From Leucoraja ocellata (Eukaryota), in NCBI GenBank assembly GCA_036785375.1, contig JAWMAR010000328.1, forward strand, positions 558,001 to 622,000: 64,000 bases of DNA. Reading direction: 5' to 3'. Position numbers and translations under genes: made by a program. The notes under the pieces are model-generated. The model saw only the letters and a list, made by a program, of their open reading frames with translations, ran no database searches and was not told where the DNA came from. This document shows, in pieces, positions 51,250 to 64,000 of the stretch. Position 1 is the stretch's first letter. Every line of letters starts with the position of its first letter.

Positions 51250-52170
51250 AAATCAAGAGGGTTATTGTCATGTGTCCCAGATAGGACAATGAAATTCTTG
51301 CTTTGCTGCAGCACCACAGGATATTGTAGTCATAACAACAGATCAGAACAGTGTGTCCATTTACCATAGAATATATATATACACACATCAGTAAACAGTT
51401 AAAGTGCAATAGGTTGTTATAGTTCATAGTTTGTTTCAGATTCAGATTCAACTTTAATTGTCATTGTCAGTGTACAGTACAGAGACAACGAAATGCAGTT
51501 AGCATCTCCCTGGAGAGCGACATAGAATATGATTTCAATAAATAAATCTATTTTACAGTTCATAGTGTTTTTCCTGTGGGAGGAGTGTCCGGGGGGGGGG
51601 GGGGGGGGGGGGGGGTGATTGGCAGTCACCGAGGTACAGTGTTGAGTAGTGTGACAGCGCAGGGAAGAAGCTGTTCCTGGACCTGCTGGTCCGGCAACGG
51701 AGAGACCTGTAGCGTCCAGGAGCAGTTGGAAGTTGTGTTTTATAGTCTGATGGCTGTGGGGAAGTAGCTATTCCTGAATCTGGATGTTGCAGATTTCAGG
51801 CTCATGTACCTTCTACCCAATGGCAGCGGAGAGATGAGTGTTTGGCCAGGATGGTGTGGGTCATTGATGATTGCTGGCAGCCTTTTTGAAGCAGCGACTG
51901 CGATAGATCCCCTCGATGCAGGAGGTCATAACCGATGATGGACTGGGCAGTGGTTACGACTTTTTGCAGCCTTTTCTGCTCCTGGACGCTCAAGTTGCCG
52001 AACCAAGCCATGATGCAAACGGTCAACATGCTCTATATTGTGCACCTGTAGATGTTCGGGAGAATCCTCCTTGACAAACCCACTCTCCGTAATCTTAGGA
52101 AGTAGAGGCGCTGATGTGCTTTCTTTATAAATTGCATCTTTGTTCTGAGACCAGGAGAGATGTCTCTGGT
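51250..52170 (-). mobile_element. Rex1/Babar-type LINE 3' fragments (nested)
   Basis: MLTVCIMAWFGNLSVQEQKRLQKVVTTAQSI; second tail with (TCTGAA)n at about 51435-51720. Confidence 0.7.
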
Positions 52171-53340
52171 GTGGCCCAGGTCAGGATCATCTGTATTTAA
52201 TTAGTGCAAACTTCATGAAAATATTTATTTTACAATGATTAATCTTCAATAGAAAAATTATGATATTCAAAGGCTATAAAACTGCATGAAAAATGACAAA
52301 TGAATTGGGCATAATATTTCTATAAGAACAGAGTTGTGAATAAAAAACACCTTAAATGATTCTCTAACATTTTAAAATCTCAGTTAGCCTTTGATCCTGA
52401 ACTTGTTCTGAATGAGGGAGATTACCATTCAGCTAACGTTAATGAATGGCAGATTTCTCATCTTAGCTTTCCTCTCTTCCTATCTGCACAAAACCAAGGT
52501 GCAGAGTAAAAGGAACATAAAAGAGAGAGGTTGTATCTATAGAGGTAACAAGAAATAAATGGATTCATACATACATTTATCAGGGCCCTCGGCTAGATAT
52601 TGGTGCTGTTGTAGACATCGCATTAAATAAAAAACGAAAGCTATAAAGATTGTGCAATATATGTTCACCAGAAGCAAACTGTACAGAATTTAGAGATTTA
52701 ACGGTGTACAAATTAGAATTATGTCTTTTGTCTTTTGATAATGTACATGTATCAACGGGCTATTTTAGTTTGGTAAGAGGCAAGATTTCCCAATCGCTTA
52801 ATCTGATTTACACAATTTCCCTGATACTTTTATCTGTTATCATGGTCGATTTATTACAAACATGAATCTTTTCTCCTATATAAAGGACATAGGGAATATC
52901 TGGTTGCTTTCTTTATAATCCTCTTTATTCATGTAATGTGTACATCGAGTAAACCATCCATGAATTTCTTCCACAGTATACAGGAAAGATTTTGAGGGAA
53001 ATGGGCCACACGTGGGCAAATGAGTCTTGGCTAGATGGAGCATCTTGGTCAGCATGGATGAGTTGAGCCAAAGGACCTGTTTCCATGCTGTATGGCTCAA
53101 TTAGTGTATAACATTAACATCCTTCCTTAGGTAAGGAAACCAATACTATGCACAATACTCCAGATATCCTCTCACAATATCCCATATAACCAAAGCACAA
53201 CATCCTACTCTGGTATTGCATTCCTCCTAGAAATCATTCATTTTGTTAACTTGCCTCATTATTGTTGAACATACTAAGGAGAATGTGGAGAGCTAAAGGA
53301 ACTGAATGGTAAAATGGTAATGGGATCACAAATAAAAAGA

Positions 53341-53507
53341 GGGCAGCACGAAGCGTAGTGGTAGAGCAACTGCCTTACAGCGCCAGAGACCCGGGTTCGA
53401 TTCCTGACTATGAGTGCTTGTCTGTATGGAGTTTGTACGTTCTCCCCGTGGCCTGTGTGGGTTTCTCCAAGACCTCAGATTCTCCCACACTCCAAAGATG
53501 CACAGGT
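53341..53507 (+). mobile_element. HE1/V-SINE-type SINE, 3'-truncated
   Basis: tRNA-like head GTAGTGGTAGAGCAACTGCCTTACAGCGCCAGAGACCCGGGTTCGATTC. Confidence 0.8.
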
Positions 53508-54239
53508 AGTATTCATCAAAAAGGAAATGTATAAACATAACACAACATCCTTCCCATGCTAAACTAAAATAACCACGCCTTGTCTTTATATCTCTGTTAA
53601 AAACCTCTCCGATATGAAAGAGATTATAATCACGTGATGGATAGCACCTTGTGATTTCTACATGAGGACATTGCCTGTTGCATCACCGACATCTTCATTT
53701 TATTTTCCAACACCACCAGTAACTTTCTTTACCTTGTTGCACTCCCTAATTGTGTACATCATACTTTCGGCATTTCGTACCTCCTGCACAGATGACCAGA
53801 TCATCCTTCTCTCCAGAACTCTGATCCTTTGATCTTTCCTGTCAAACTCATTTCTGCATGATTAGCAAACCATCTCATTTTGTCTCCTTCGGGTCAAAAT
53901 CATTAGTCCGTGCAACAAGGCCAAAGAGCTGAGCTCTGACCCTGTGGAATCCCACTGGTGCCAACTTTCTAGTTAATGAAATACTTACCCGCTAATGCTC
54001 TTTTCTTCCTGGTTCTGACTCTGTTGACACCAATTTGCCATTCTCTTGGAACCCTTAGGCTTTGTTTCAATCCATCTGTTACGTGTGGCCTTGTCAAAAG
54101 CCTTGCTAAAACTCATGTAAACTGTTTCAAAACACACTTCCCTCATCAACTCTCCACGTTACATCCTTAAAAGATAAATCAATTGTTAATGTAGCTCAAA
54201 CCAAGGCATTGGAGTTAACTGTTGTCAGCAGCCTCTAGT

Positions 54240-54293
54240 GGGGTGGAAGATTGCAACCTTCACGTGGTCCGCCCTGTTTCGACTAATGCAATC
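54240..54293 (+). ncRNA. HDV-like self-cleaving ribozyme (minimal, 54 nt)
   Basis: P1 GGGGUGG/CCGCCCU (G.U at position 1); P2 GAUUGCA/UGCAAUC; P3 ACC/GGU; L3 UUCACGU; G54276 for P1.1; vestigial P4 U-UUCG-A; J4/2 C-UAA with putative catalytic C54283. Folded by hand. Confidence 0.75.
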
Positions 54294-54373
54294 AACTCGA
54301 CGTGCACAAACGGACGTTCAAATAGAACAAGTTGTCCAACAACTTTAGGCTATGCACGCCACACGAAAGAAGA
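54240..54373 (+). mobile_element. Short non-autonomous retroelement (Ingi/Vingi-like derivative) with (GAA)n tail
   Basis: Flanked by direct repeat AGCAGCCTCTAGT(G) at 54227-54239/40 and 54374-54386/87; no tRNA boxes or ORF; 5' end is a ribozyme fold. The Vingi link is from recollection of family termini. Confidence 0.75.
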
Positions 54374-54399
54374 AGCAGCCTCTAGTGAAGTTACAGAAG

Positions 54400-55010
54400 A
54401 AGGCACACACACACACCTCTACTTCCTGAGGAGTTGAGGACATTTAGCAGATGCGCCATAGAACACATATGGTTGGGTTGCACCACAGCTTTGGTTTGGG
54501 AACCGTTCTGCCCAAGACTACATGAAAATACAGAGAGGTGTAGATTTAACTCAGTCCATCATACAATCCAGACTTCCCACCATTGACTCCACCTATACTT
54601 CACACTGCCTCGGAAAAGCAGCTAACATAATCAAAGACTTGTCCCGGTCCAGTCATTCCTTCTTCTCCCTGCTCCCATCTGGCAGATGGTACAGAAGTTT
54701 AAAAGCGTGCAACACCAGACTCGGTGACAGCTTCTTCCCCTCTGTTATCCCACATCTAACCAGTCCTCCCATAAGCTAGTGTACTGTTCGATTCACCTCT
54801 AGCCCATTGAGAACATTGGATTTTGTCGAAGGAATTGATGCGCTACAATGCTGAGAACTATATCCTGCACTCTGTACCTTCCCCTTTGTTCCATCTATGG
54901 TACTTGAGTTTGAACTGATTGCATCTATGCCTGATATATCTGATCTGGTTGGATAGAACACCAAACAAAGGTTTTCACTGTACATGGGACAACAATAAAC
55001 TTAAACCAAG
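54400..55010 (+). mobile_element. Old Rex1/Babar-type LINE 3' fragment
   Basis: HCLGKAANIIKDLS..HSFFSLLPSGRWYRSL...RLGDSFFPSVI; AATAAAC tail. Confidence 0.7.
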
Positions 55011-56531
55011 GAGCTTGGACCAGGGAGGGGTTGGTGGCTGCATCTCAGCACCAAGAGATGGCTTTGGCCGAGCTGGTTAACTGGGAGGAAGTTTGAAAGG
55101 ATGTCAGAACTCTCTTCATTCAGAACACTTCGACTCTGCTGTGATTGCGCCTCAATGTAATGACAATAACTTTGGAGAAGGACACACCTTTTTTTGGTTC
55201 TTTTTCCTTATCTTTTTTTCTTGAGTAAGACTAGTTCAAGTCGACTTCATTGTCAGATGCACAGATATGGTTCGGTACGGATACAATGGAACCCTGGTTT
55301 GCAGCAGCATCACTGGCACATAGACTCAGGCACACAAAAACTTAAAGTATGTATAAATTGGACATAAGTTCCACACGTCCTCCAAGACAGTGATAATAAA
55401 CAGGATGTACAAAAAAAACATTTTATAGGATGTTTTTGGACAATAAATATTCCTGAACTCGGTGGTGTGGGACTTTGGGCTTCTCTACCTCTTGCTCAAC
55501 AGTAGCATCGAGAAGAGGACATGACTCACATTGTGGGGGTTCTTGATAGATGTTAAGTAGATGTTTTTGATGCCGTTGAAGGATCTTCTCACTCAGAATG
55601 TGGTTTAGACTGGGGGACCTGCAGGAGTGCCTGGGAGTCCCCCTATGTTGGACAAGTGTTGTGGTACCTTCTAGGACAGATCTTCACCTTGTGTGGAGCA
55701 GTCCTTTTGTCACCAAACACCTGCAGATTTGCTACACGTCAAACCCATTGATGCATGAATGACCCCTTGCTGCATAAATGAATGAGGTTAGTGAACGCAC
55801 CAGCCAATATCAGAGCCATTAAACAGGAAGACGCTGGCATAACTCTGGCCAGGGGAACTGCAACATGCTCACACACTCAAACCAGATGCTGGGCTGTAAA
55901 GACCCAGCTTGGAACTGGTGAGCAGTTTTAAAACTCCACACCTGGCTGAAACGTTCTAACATGCAGAGGATGCTGGTATCGTGGAAATTGTAGTTTAAAG
56001 CTGTCTCCAAATAAAATTGGCGATAACAAATATTGTTACAAAAAAAAAATCTCACTGGATGACTGAGCTTTACGAGATCCTGCTCTCATGGACACACACT
56101 GCCACTCAGTGGCTGCGCTCCGCTATCCATATTCATCTACACGCTGCACACGTGTTGCGACGTGGATGTTTTGGGGATGAGCACCTCATGGGAAATGACG
56201 CGGATCTGAGAGACTGAACAAGTGACAAGCAATCAGTTCCTGCACCATTTCAATAGCTGGATCTACTATTACATACAGTCTATTTAAATGATCTCTTCCC
56301 AAACAATTAAATCATGATTAAATCTATTAAATAATTGCTGTAATCCTTCAAACAATTAAATATCCTCATTATGATTATGCAGTCACGAAATAATTAAAGT
56401 ATGCCTTTTGTTTATGCTGTCTAAGGACATATGTTAATGCTGCTTCTTTTTCGTTCTTCTAATGTTTAATGTTTACCTCCAACAATACGCGCAGAGCTGT
56501 GTTGGTGAGCCATTGCCTGGAGGATGGTAAT

Positions 56532-56823
56532 AGCCCTGTCCCACGATGCGAGTTCATTCCAAGAGCTCTCCCGAGTTTAAAAAAAATCAAACCCGTGGTA
56601 AGCACAGAGAATGAATGTCTCTTAGCGCTAACGGCAGGTACTCGGGAAGACTCACTAACGGCAGGTAAGCACGGGAAGACTCGTGAAGATTTTTCAACAT
56701 GATGAAAAATGTCCACGAGATCCCGGGTACCGACGAGCGGCGAGCACCGTAAATCTCGTAAATCTCGAATCAGGGCAAACTCGGGAGAACTCTTGGAATG
56801 AGCTCGTCCAGTGGGACAGGGGT
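56532..56823. mobile_element. PIF/Harbinger-like MITE
   Basis: About 47-bp imperfect TIRs AGCCCTGTCCCAC...GAGTTCATTCCAAGAGCTCTCCCGAGTTT; terminal motif related to 14534-14973; no clean TSD. Confidence 0.65.
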
Positions 56824-57299
56824 CTGTTAAAGAACCACAGTTAAAGAAATAAAAATAAAGGCAAAAGGGGTTACCCTAACCCTTAAGCAAAGAGCAATAA
56901 ACCAGACGGTATTTTCCGAAGGGCACCAATTTTAAATATGGCAATGTTAAAAAGTCATAGAATCACTGACTTGTTACAATGTAGAAGGAAGCCTTTCAGC
57001 CAAGTCTTTGCTGAATTGGGGAGAGCATTGAGTGGAATGGGAGAAACAAAATGTTGTGTGACTTGGCCCAGATTAGCCAAATAAAGTCATTCACTGCTAG
57101 AATCAGCTACAGTTCTGTGAAGCTGAGCCTGGAGGGCAGGGCAAGGTATATTGATGAATGCTGGTGGGAATGTTTTGTGTGGAAAGGTGAAAGGCAAAGC
57201 TGATTTCCAAGTAGTTGCATAGTGACGGTAATTCAGCAAAGGCATTCTCTGCATACTTGCCTTCGGTAATACAAACACTCAAGAATCAGGGAGGCTAGG

Positions 57300-57760
57300 G
57301 TAGACGTTGCCCGGTTCATCATGAGTATTGGCCACCCCACCATCGAAGAGTTCCACAGGACGCATTGCCACAAGAAGGCCACAGCTAATATCATCAAAGA
57401 CCCGCACCATTCTGGCTTCGCTGCCATCTCGCTGCCACCATTGGGAAGAAGGTACAGGAGCCTGAGCCATTAACTCCAGGTTCATGAACACCATCTTCCC
57501 ATCGGCTATCAGAATCTTGAACCATTCTGCACAACCCTAACCATAATCCCACCTCTGCACCAAACCATAACAGACTTTACACTACGGCGCTTGCACAGCA
57601 TCTGTCATGATCTGGTTTACCCAGAATAACTGATGATTTATTATATATTTATTTGTTGTGTTGTTGCATTTAACGTGCCTGTAATGCTGCAGCATGTAAG
57701 AATTTCATGGTTCAGGTCCCGATGCAAATGACAATTAAACACTCTTGACTCCAGACTCTT
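57300..57760 (+). mobile_element. Old Rex1/Babar-type LINE 3' fragment
   Basis: NIIKDPHHSGF...LPPLGRRYRSL...RFMNTIFPSAIRILN; ATTAAAC-(CTCTTGA)n tail. Confidence 0.7.
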
Positions 57761-57918
57761 GACCCCTCTTCTACCTGCTCCTTCTGTTCTCACCTGAAGG
57801 ACCGTTCACTGTGTTGTGGAGTTCACAGTAGACCACCACCAGTGCCGACACCTCGGCAGGTCCATGGTGACTAATGTCCCCAGACCAGTCAAGGCACAGT
57901 TTCACCATTCCCTTCTCT

Positions 57919-58695
57919 TTCAGGAAAGTAGACTATTATCTGAATGGTGGCCGATTAGGAAAGGGGGAGATGCAACGAGACCTGGGTGTCATGATACACC
58001 AGTCATTGAAAGTAGGCATGCAGGTGCAGCAGGCAGTGAAGAAAGCGAATGGTATGTTAGCATTCATAGCAAAAGGATTTGAGTATAAGAGCAGGGAGGT
58101 TCTACTGCAGGGTCTTGGTGAGACCACACCTGGAGTATTGCGTACAGTTTTGGTCTCCTAATCTGAGGAAAGACATTCTTGCCATAGAGTACAGAGAAAG
58201 TTCACTAGACTGATTCCTGGGATGGCAGGACTTTCATATGAAGAAAGACTGGACAGACTCGGCTTGTACTCGCTAGAATTTAGAAGATTGAGGGGGGATC
58301 TGATAGAAACTTACACAATTCTTAAGGGGTTGGACAGGCTAGACGCAGGAAGATTGTTCCCGATATTGGGGAAGTCCAGAACAAGGGGTCACAGTTTAAG
58401 GATAAGGGGGAAGTCTTTTAGGACCGAGATGAGAAAAACATTTTTCACACAGAGTGTGGTGAATCTGTGGAATTCTCTGCCACAGAAGATAGTTGAGGCC
58501 AGTTCATTGGCTATATTTAAGAGGGAGTTAGATGTGGCCCTTGTGGCTAAAGGGATCAGGGGGTATGGAGAGAAGGCAGGTACGGGATTCTGAGTTGGAT
58601 GATCAGCCATGATCATATTGAATGGCGGTGGAGGCTCGAAGGGCCAAATGGCCTACTCCTGCACCTATTTTCTATGTTTCTATGTTTCTATGTTT
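57919..58695 (+). mobile_element. 5'-truncated CR1 LINE (same subfamily as 4215-5003)
   Basis: YYLNGGRLGKGEMQRDLGV...YEERLDRLGLYSLEFRRLRGDLIE...; (TTTCTATG)3 tail. Confidence 0.9.
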
Positions 58696-59909
58696 CAGCA
58701 TTGCAGGTTTTGGTTGCAACTTCACTAGAGTCAGGCACTCACTGGGTTGTTGCTGTCCCCTGGCCACCTGGCCTTGATTGTTGACTGGAGAGATGAGTGG
58801 GCATAAATAAAACAGGACTGCAGACCCTGTGCCTCCTGCAGTTGACCAGCCCACTCCTCATTTGTGCTTTACTGTATGCAGCGCTTTGTGGAGAAGAGCT
58901 ACCCACAGTGATGTGCAGAAGTGAGGATACAGAGCTAGGTTACCAACCTGCCTTTCGAACCATCATCCAAAGTTTGCAAAGTTTGTAATTCCTGTGGAGA
59001 AAAGGGTTCACGAGAGAAAAGGAAGCTCTCGGGAGAACGATTGAAGCTGCAGTATTTACTGTGAGCTGGAGGCGACAGCTGGTCAGAATCCACACAATGC
59101 CCTTCTGTTCTCAAAGGCATTTCACTGGAGGCTTTCAAAGAGCTCGGGAAACCAATGGTGCTCTGGGTTAAATCCAGTTGTACATTGTGGGTGATTAATG
59201 TAATTAAATCACCAGCCATGATTTCCTGCAGGAAATTCCAGATCGCAGCAAAATGTGAAACGTGCTGGAATTAAATCGGGAGGTCAATTAATTTCCGTCA
59301 GTCTTTTGATTTCTGATGTTTTTGCCGCTGGTTTATTCCCCCTCACCTGCTGTGAAATGAATCCACTCTCGGGGACGACCAGCCCTCTGAGAGACGGCTT
59401 CACCTGTGGAGAGATGTGGGACTGGGAGCGACTAAGAGCGAGTGGGAAGGGTCCCACCAGCAGGGGAGAGCGGAGGGCAGCTGCGGACGGCAGTCAAGTG
59501 GGAAATTCAGAAGCAGCTTCTGCAGCTGGAGTGTGTAAGGCTGTCACCACGGGGAATGGCTGGGCAAATGGTGAGAATACAGTGAAGCGGAGGGTGCAAT
59601 GATAGAATGAGAGAGAAGGTAATTCAGGAAGAGAAAATGAGGAGACTCAGATGGGCACGGGGTCTGGTTGGATTGAAAGGATGAATTCTCTGCTATAATT
59701 ACTTCAGTCCCCACATTTCAGATGAGCGTTCATCTGCTCTTTTAGTCCAGGGGAATGGTCCTGACTTGAAACGCCAACTGTTCATTTCCCTCCACAGATC
59801 CTCTGACCCAATGAGTGCGTCCAACAGTTTTTCTTGCTGTTCGCCTGGTGAATCGTCATTGTACTCCCTCCATTGTTAATCTTTTTTTTGGACCCAAACT
59901 GCATATAGT

Positions 59910-60660
59910 ATTGGCGTAGACTATTTTCTAAATGGGGAGAGAATCCAGAAATCGGAGGTGCAAAGGGACTTGGGCGTGCCGGTGCAGGATTCCCAAAAAG
60001 TTCATCTGCAAGTCGAATCTGTATTAAAGAAAGCAAACTCAATGCTAGCATTTATTTCAAGAGGGCTTGTACACAAAAGGAGGGATGTAATCCCGAGGCT
60101 CTATAAGGCACTGGTAAATCTGCATTTGGAATATTGAGAGCAATATTGGGCACCGTAATCTGAGGGAGGATGAGGGTCCAGAGGAAGTTTACAAGAGTGA
60201 TCCCGGGAATGAGTAGGTTAACCTATGATGAGCATTTGTCGACACTGGGCCTGTACTTGCTGGAGTTTAAAAGAATGAGGGGGGACCTCATTGAAATGTA
60301 TAGAATAGTAAAAGGCTTGGATAGAGTGGATGTGGAGAGGATGATTCCACTAGTGAGAGAGTCTAGGACTAGAGGTCATAGCCTCAGAATTAAAGGACGT
60401 TCTTTTAGGAAGGAGATGAGGAGCAATTTCTTTAGTCAGAGGGTGGTGAATCAGAGGAATTCTTTGCCACAGAAGGCTGTGGAGGTCAAGTCAGTGGATA
60501 TTTGTAAGGCAGAGATGGATAGATTTTTGATTTGTACAGATGTCAGAGGTTATGCGAAGAAGGCAGAAGAATGTGTTTGGGAGGGAGAGATGGATCAGCC
60601 ATGAGTGAATGGTGGAGTAGACGTGATGGGTCGAATGGCCTAATTCTACTATCACTTATG
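59910..60660 (+). mobile_element. CR1 LINE 3' fragment
   Basis: VQRKFTRVIPGM...RMRGDLIEMYRIVKGLDRVDVERM...FFSQRVVN. Confidence 0.88.
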
Positions 60661-61549
60661 ACATGAGTATTGCAGCTGTGGCCTCACCAACATCCTGTAC
60701 AATTGCAACAAAAGCTAGTTATAAGCAAAGACCTTAGAGCAGAGCTCTTTGGTTATAAGCTCCAACCTCTTTGCTATGAAGGGCTTAAGGCCGTTTGACT
60801 TCTTCAGTATTGTTTTACCTGCCTGCTAGTTTATTTGTGATTGTTGCGAGAGAACATGGCGATCCCTCTGTACTCCCTGCTTCTGCATCCAGATAAGAAT
60901 CAGCCTTTTGAATCCGCAAACGTGATTTCTCAAACACGGTTTGTCAAATATGATTTGCCATTTATAAAAACATGTTGAAGATGTTTAATTATATTCCGCT
61001 TTCCTAAATGATTAGTTATTTCCTGTTTGACTATTGACTCCAGCGCTTTGTCAATGATCACTGTTAAACTAACTGGCCTGCAGTTCCCTGCCTTCTGGTT
61101 TCTCGTTTTCTGAACAATGCAAAATCAGAAAAACTGCAGGCGTTGGAAAAATAAAATAGATATAGAACCTACATTTTTAGAAGACTATTTCACATCTTCA
61201 GGATGTCTCAGAAGACGTTGTAGCCCTAGAAATGCTTTCAACATATAGCTACTGGTTGATTAGGAGGAACATTCTGCAGCTCATTTGGTAGAAGTATATA
61301 GAATGATGAGAAGCATAGATAGGGTAGATACTCAGGGTCTTTGTCCAAGTGTGTAAATGTCAAGTAACACAGTACATAGCTTGAAGGTGAGAGGGGGAAA
61401 GTTGAAAGGAGATTTGTGAGGCAAAGTTTTTTACACAAAGGAATATACATGGAATATGCTGTCACGGAGGTGGTGGCAGGGATCACAACAATTAAGAGGC
61501 ACTTGGACGAGCACAGGAATAGGCAGGGAATGGCGGGATTCATAACACC

Positions 61550-62228
61550 GGGTGGCACTCCCAGCTGTGGCTGCCTCGCCAACAGTCTGTCTGTCCTTTC
61601 TTTTTTTTGTTCTTTTTAGTATGTGTTAAAAAAATATGTTTTAGTGTTCCTTGGTTTGTTTTATGTGGGGGGTGGGAGAGGGGGGAGTTGGGGGAAACTT
61701 TTTTTTTTCCAATCTCTTACCTCGACGGAGGTGCAATTTGTTTCTGTATCGTATATGTCCGTGCTCACTGCGGCCTAACATCGTGGAGTTGGCGGACTTT
61801 CCTGAAGACTGACGGGTGCTCCAAGCGGCAGGAGCCTGCAGATCTTTAACATTGCGGAGCTTGCGATCCCTTTGCCGGGGGTCGAAGCTCCAACCGCGGG
61901 GACTTTAACATCGTGAAGCCCGCGGTCTCTGGTAAGAAGAGGCCGATTCGGGAGCTCCATGCCACGGAGAGAGTTTCAACCGCTGCAGGGGCTTTGATCG
62001 CCCCGACTGCGGATGGTTTGACTGCCCCAACCGCGGGAGACCAAGAGGAAGGAGACTGAACTTTATTGCCTTCCATCACAGTGAGGAATGTGGAATCCAC
62101 TGGGGTGGATGTTTATGTTAACTTTTATGTGGTTGTGTGTCTTGTTGCTTTTCATTTAGCATGGCTGCATGGTAACTCAAATATCACTGGGCCTTAATTG
62201 GTACATGTGACAATAAACTTGAAATCTT
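61550..62228 (+). mobile_element. Non-autonomous GC-rich retroelement with Rex1-like tail
   Basis: Internal short GC repeats; core shared with 29592-29645; tail ...CATGTGACAATAAACTTGA like the Rex1 tail at 38925-38947. Confidence 0.55.
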
Positions 62229-62429
62229 GCTTTGTTCCATGTGCAGGCAGAAGGGATTATTTAATTCTGCATCAATATCAGCACAGACGTTCTATGTTCT
62301 AAGTTGAGGACATACTGTGCAGCTCGGGCTGGACAAGTATTTTGCTTCTTTTGCAAATAAGAAAAAAATGGAGAAAAAAAAGACAATCAGGCTGAGTTCC
62401 ACTCTGCATTTCAATACATCTACATGTTT

Positions 62430-62535
62430 TTGGCTCTGAAGAAGGGTCCCGACCCGAAACATCGCCTGCCCACCCATTCCCTTCACAATTGCTCTCTGAC
62501 CCACTGAATTCCTCATGCAACTATGTGTTTTATAT
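62430..62535 (+). mobile_element. Penelope-derived short repeat with hammerhead-like core (62436-62463)
   Basis: CTGAAGAAGGGTCCCGACCCGAAACATC followed by a degenerate pLTR tail. Confidence 0.6.
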
Positions 62536-64000
62536 AACCATATAACAAGTACAGCACGGAAACAGGCCATCTCAGCCCTACAAGTCCGTGCCGAACAACT
62601 TTTTTCCTTTAGTCCCACCTGCCTGCCCTCATACCATAACCCTCCAAGATTCCAGCATCTGCATATCCTGGTGTCTCTGGTTCTTTGTCTCTGCTCTTTA
62701 TTCAATGCTTTCCCCCACTAACCCGGTTATAGCATGGATTACAACTTATCCCCATGGTTACCCTTTTACGCTGTTAGAGACATCCCCCTCCTCCGTCCTC
62801 TCTGCAGCTTTACAAACTGCTTTTGTCTCCTTCCCAGTCCTGACAAAGGCTCTTCGACCAGAAACATTAGCTCAGCCTCTCATCCCACAGATGTAGCCTG
62901 GCCTGCTGAGTATCCCCACCCGTTTCTATTCTTATATTAATTTGTGGAATCATCGCCAGTTGCATTATTGATTATCACCATTCACTTTAATGTCTTTCAA
63001 TGTTTGGCTTTGATCTAGATAATGCCAGCAAAATCTGTAATCAATTTGATTACTGAAGCATGAACCACATTCCTCACAAGGCACTAATGGGGAAAGAACA
63101 TTTGTCCCTTGTTATTCCAACCACCCGGAACAATTCTAAATCACCTCTACTGTTGCAAATAATTGAATCTTAAGTAAAGATAATACTTTTGCTTCCACTC
63201 TATCTGCCTTGATAAGCCTTTGAAGTAAAAGTTGGACATGGACCAGTCCCACCTGCCCGTGTTTGGTCCATATCCTTCCAAACCATACCCCCCAGAAGAT
63301 CATTCTGAGGTACAGCGGAGGAGCTGATTAAACTTCTTTCCTCACAACTGCTCGCCCTGATACCAGGAATGAGACTCACTGCCTTGCTCGGCAAAACCTC
63401 CACTCAACAGGACCTCTGGTGTTTCTCACTGACTAAAAATGGACAAAGAGCACAAATTAAACTGAGTGCTGCATAATTGGATTCGGATTTTCCACTGTTG
63501 TTCCTATTCTGCGTCAACATTTCGGTTCACTATGTTTTTCTGCTGCATTGTATTCGGAGTCTGTGTGCAATATTAGCTCAAATGAGATTCTGGGATCTGT
63601 TTCCACTTGATCCTGAGCAATTCCAGCATAGAGACAAATTGTGGTGGGTGAATGTAGTCTCCTACCTCACTCACAACTGGCACCAGGTCATCACCATGAA
63701 GCTTTCATTTTATTTCTCTCTGCATATGTTGTGTTTTTGCAGCACTTTCTGCCTTTGCACCACAGCCAGCTGGAGGTCTTGCTTTTATTTGAGATATGTA
63801 TTAGTTAGATATTGCACTATTGCTCAAGATGAGCATTATTGTTAGGTACCAGTTATACTCACCTCTGACATTGAATGGTGATGATATTTAATGGTGAGTA
63901 TTTCCCCCCAAAACAGGGTGCAGTAACTGTGATTCACAACCAAAATCAAAGCCCACTCATGGTGAAGTTTGGAATGCTGATATACTACAGAGCTTTTTCC

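Noticed and set aside
19130-64000. Expected convergent neighbour gene GRAMD4 (adjacent to CERK in human)
   Set aside because: No GRAMD4-like peptide found in the ORF track or by eye; it probably lies beyond the window or synteny differs.

Overview
Vertebrate genomic DNA, most likely from a cartilaginous fish (skate/ray-like); this is inferred from HE1-type V-SINEs plus abundant CR1, Rex1/Babar and Penelope repeats. The only host gene I can support is the 3' part of ceramide kinase (CERK) on the + strand: nine coding exons from 1 to 17701, all GT-AG and in a consistent reading frame, followed by an AT-rich 3' UTR. The remaining ~45 kb is intergenic and rich in transposable elements. It contains a full-length but decayed DIRS1-type tyrosine-recombinase retrotransposon (39464-44196, -) with intact ITR/ICR architecture, and an IR/DR Tc1 element (45475-49324) carrying a nested I/Nimb-clade LINE with a 17-bp TSD. 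Also present are two young Rex1/Babar LINEs, many CR1 and Penelope relics, non-autonomous Helitron-like elements and PIF/Harbinger-like MITEs. The most notable observation is a ~134-bp TSD-flanked retroelement (54240-54373) whose first 54 nt fold into a complete, minimal HDV-like self-cleaving ribozyme. Penelope-derived fold-back repeats carry hammerhead-like cores. The DIRS element landed inside the TSD of an older insertion, which allows its empty target and AAT crossover to be reconstructed. TE family names come from motif recognition, not database searches, and boundaries of old repeats are approximate.
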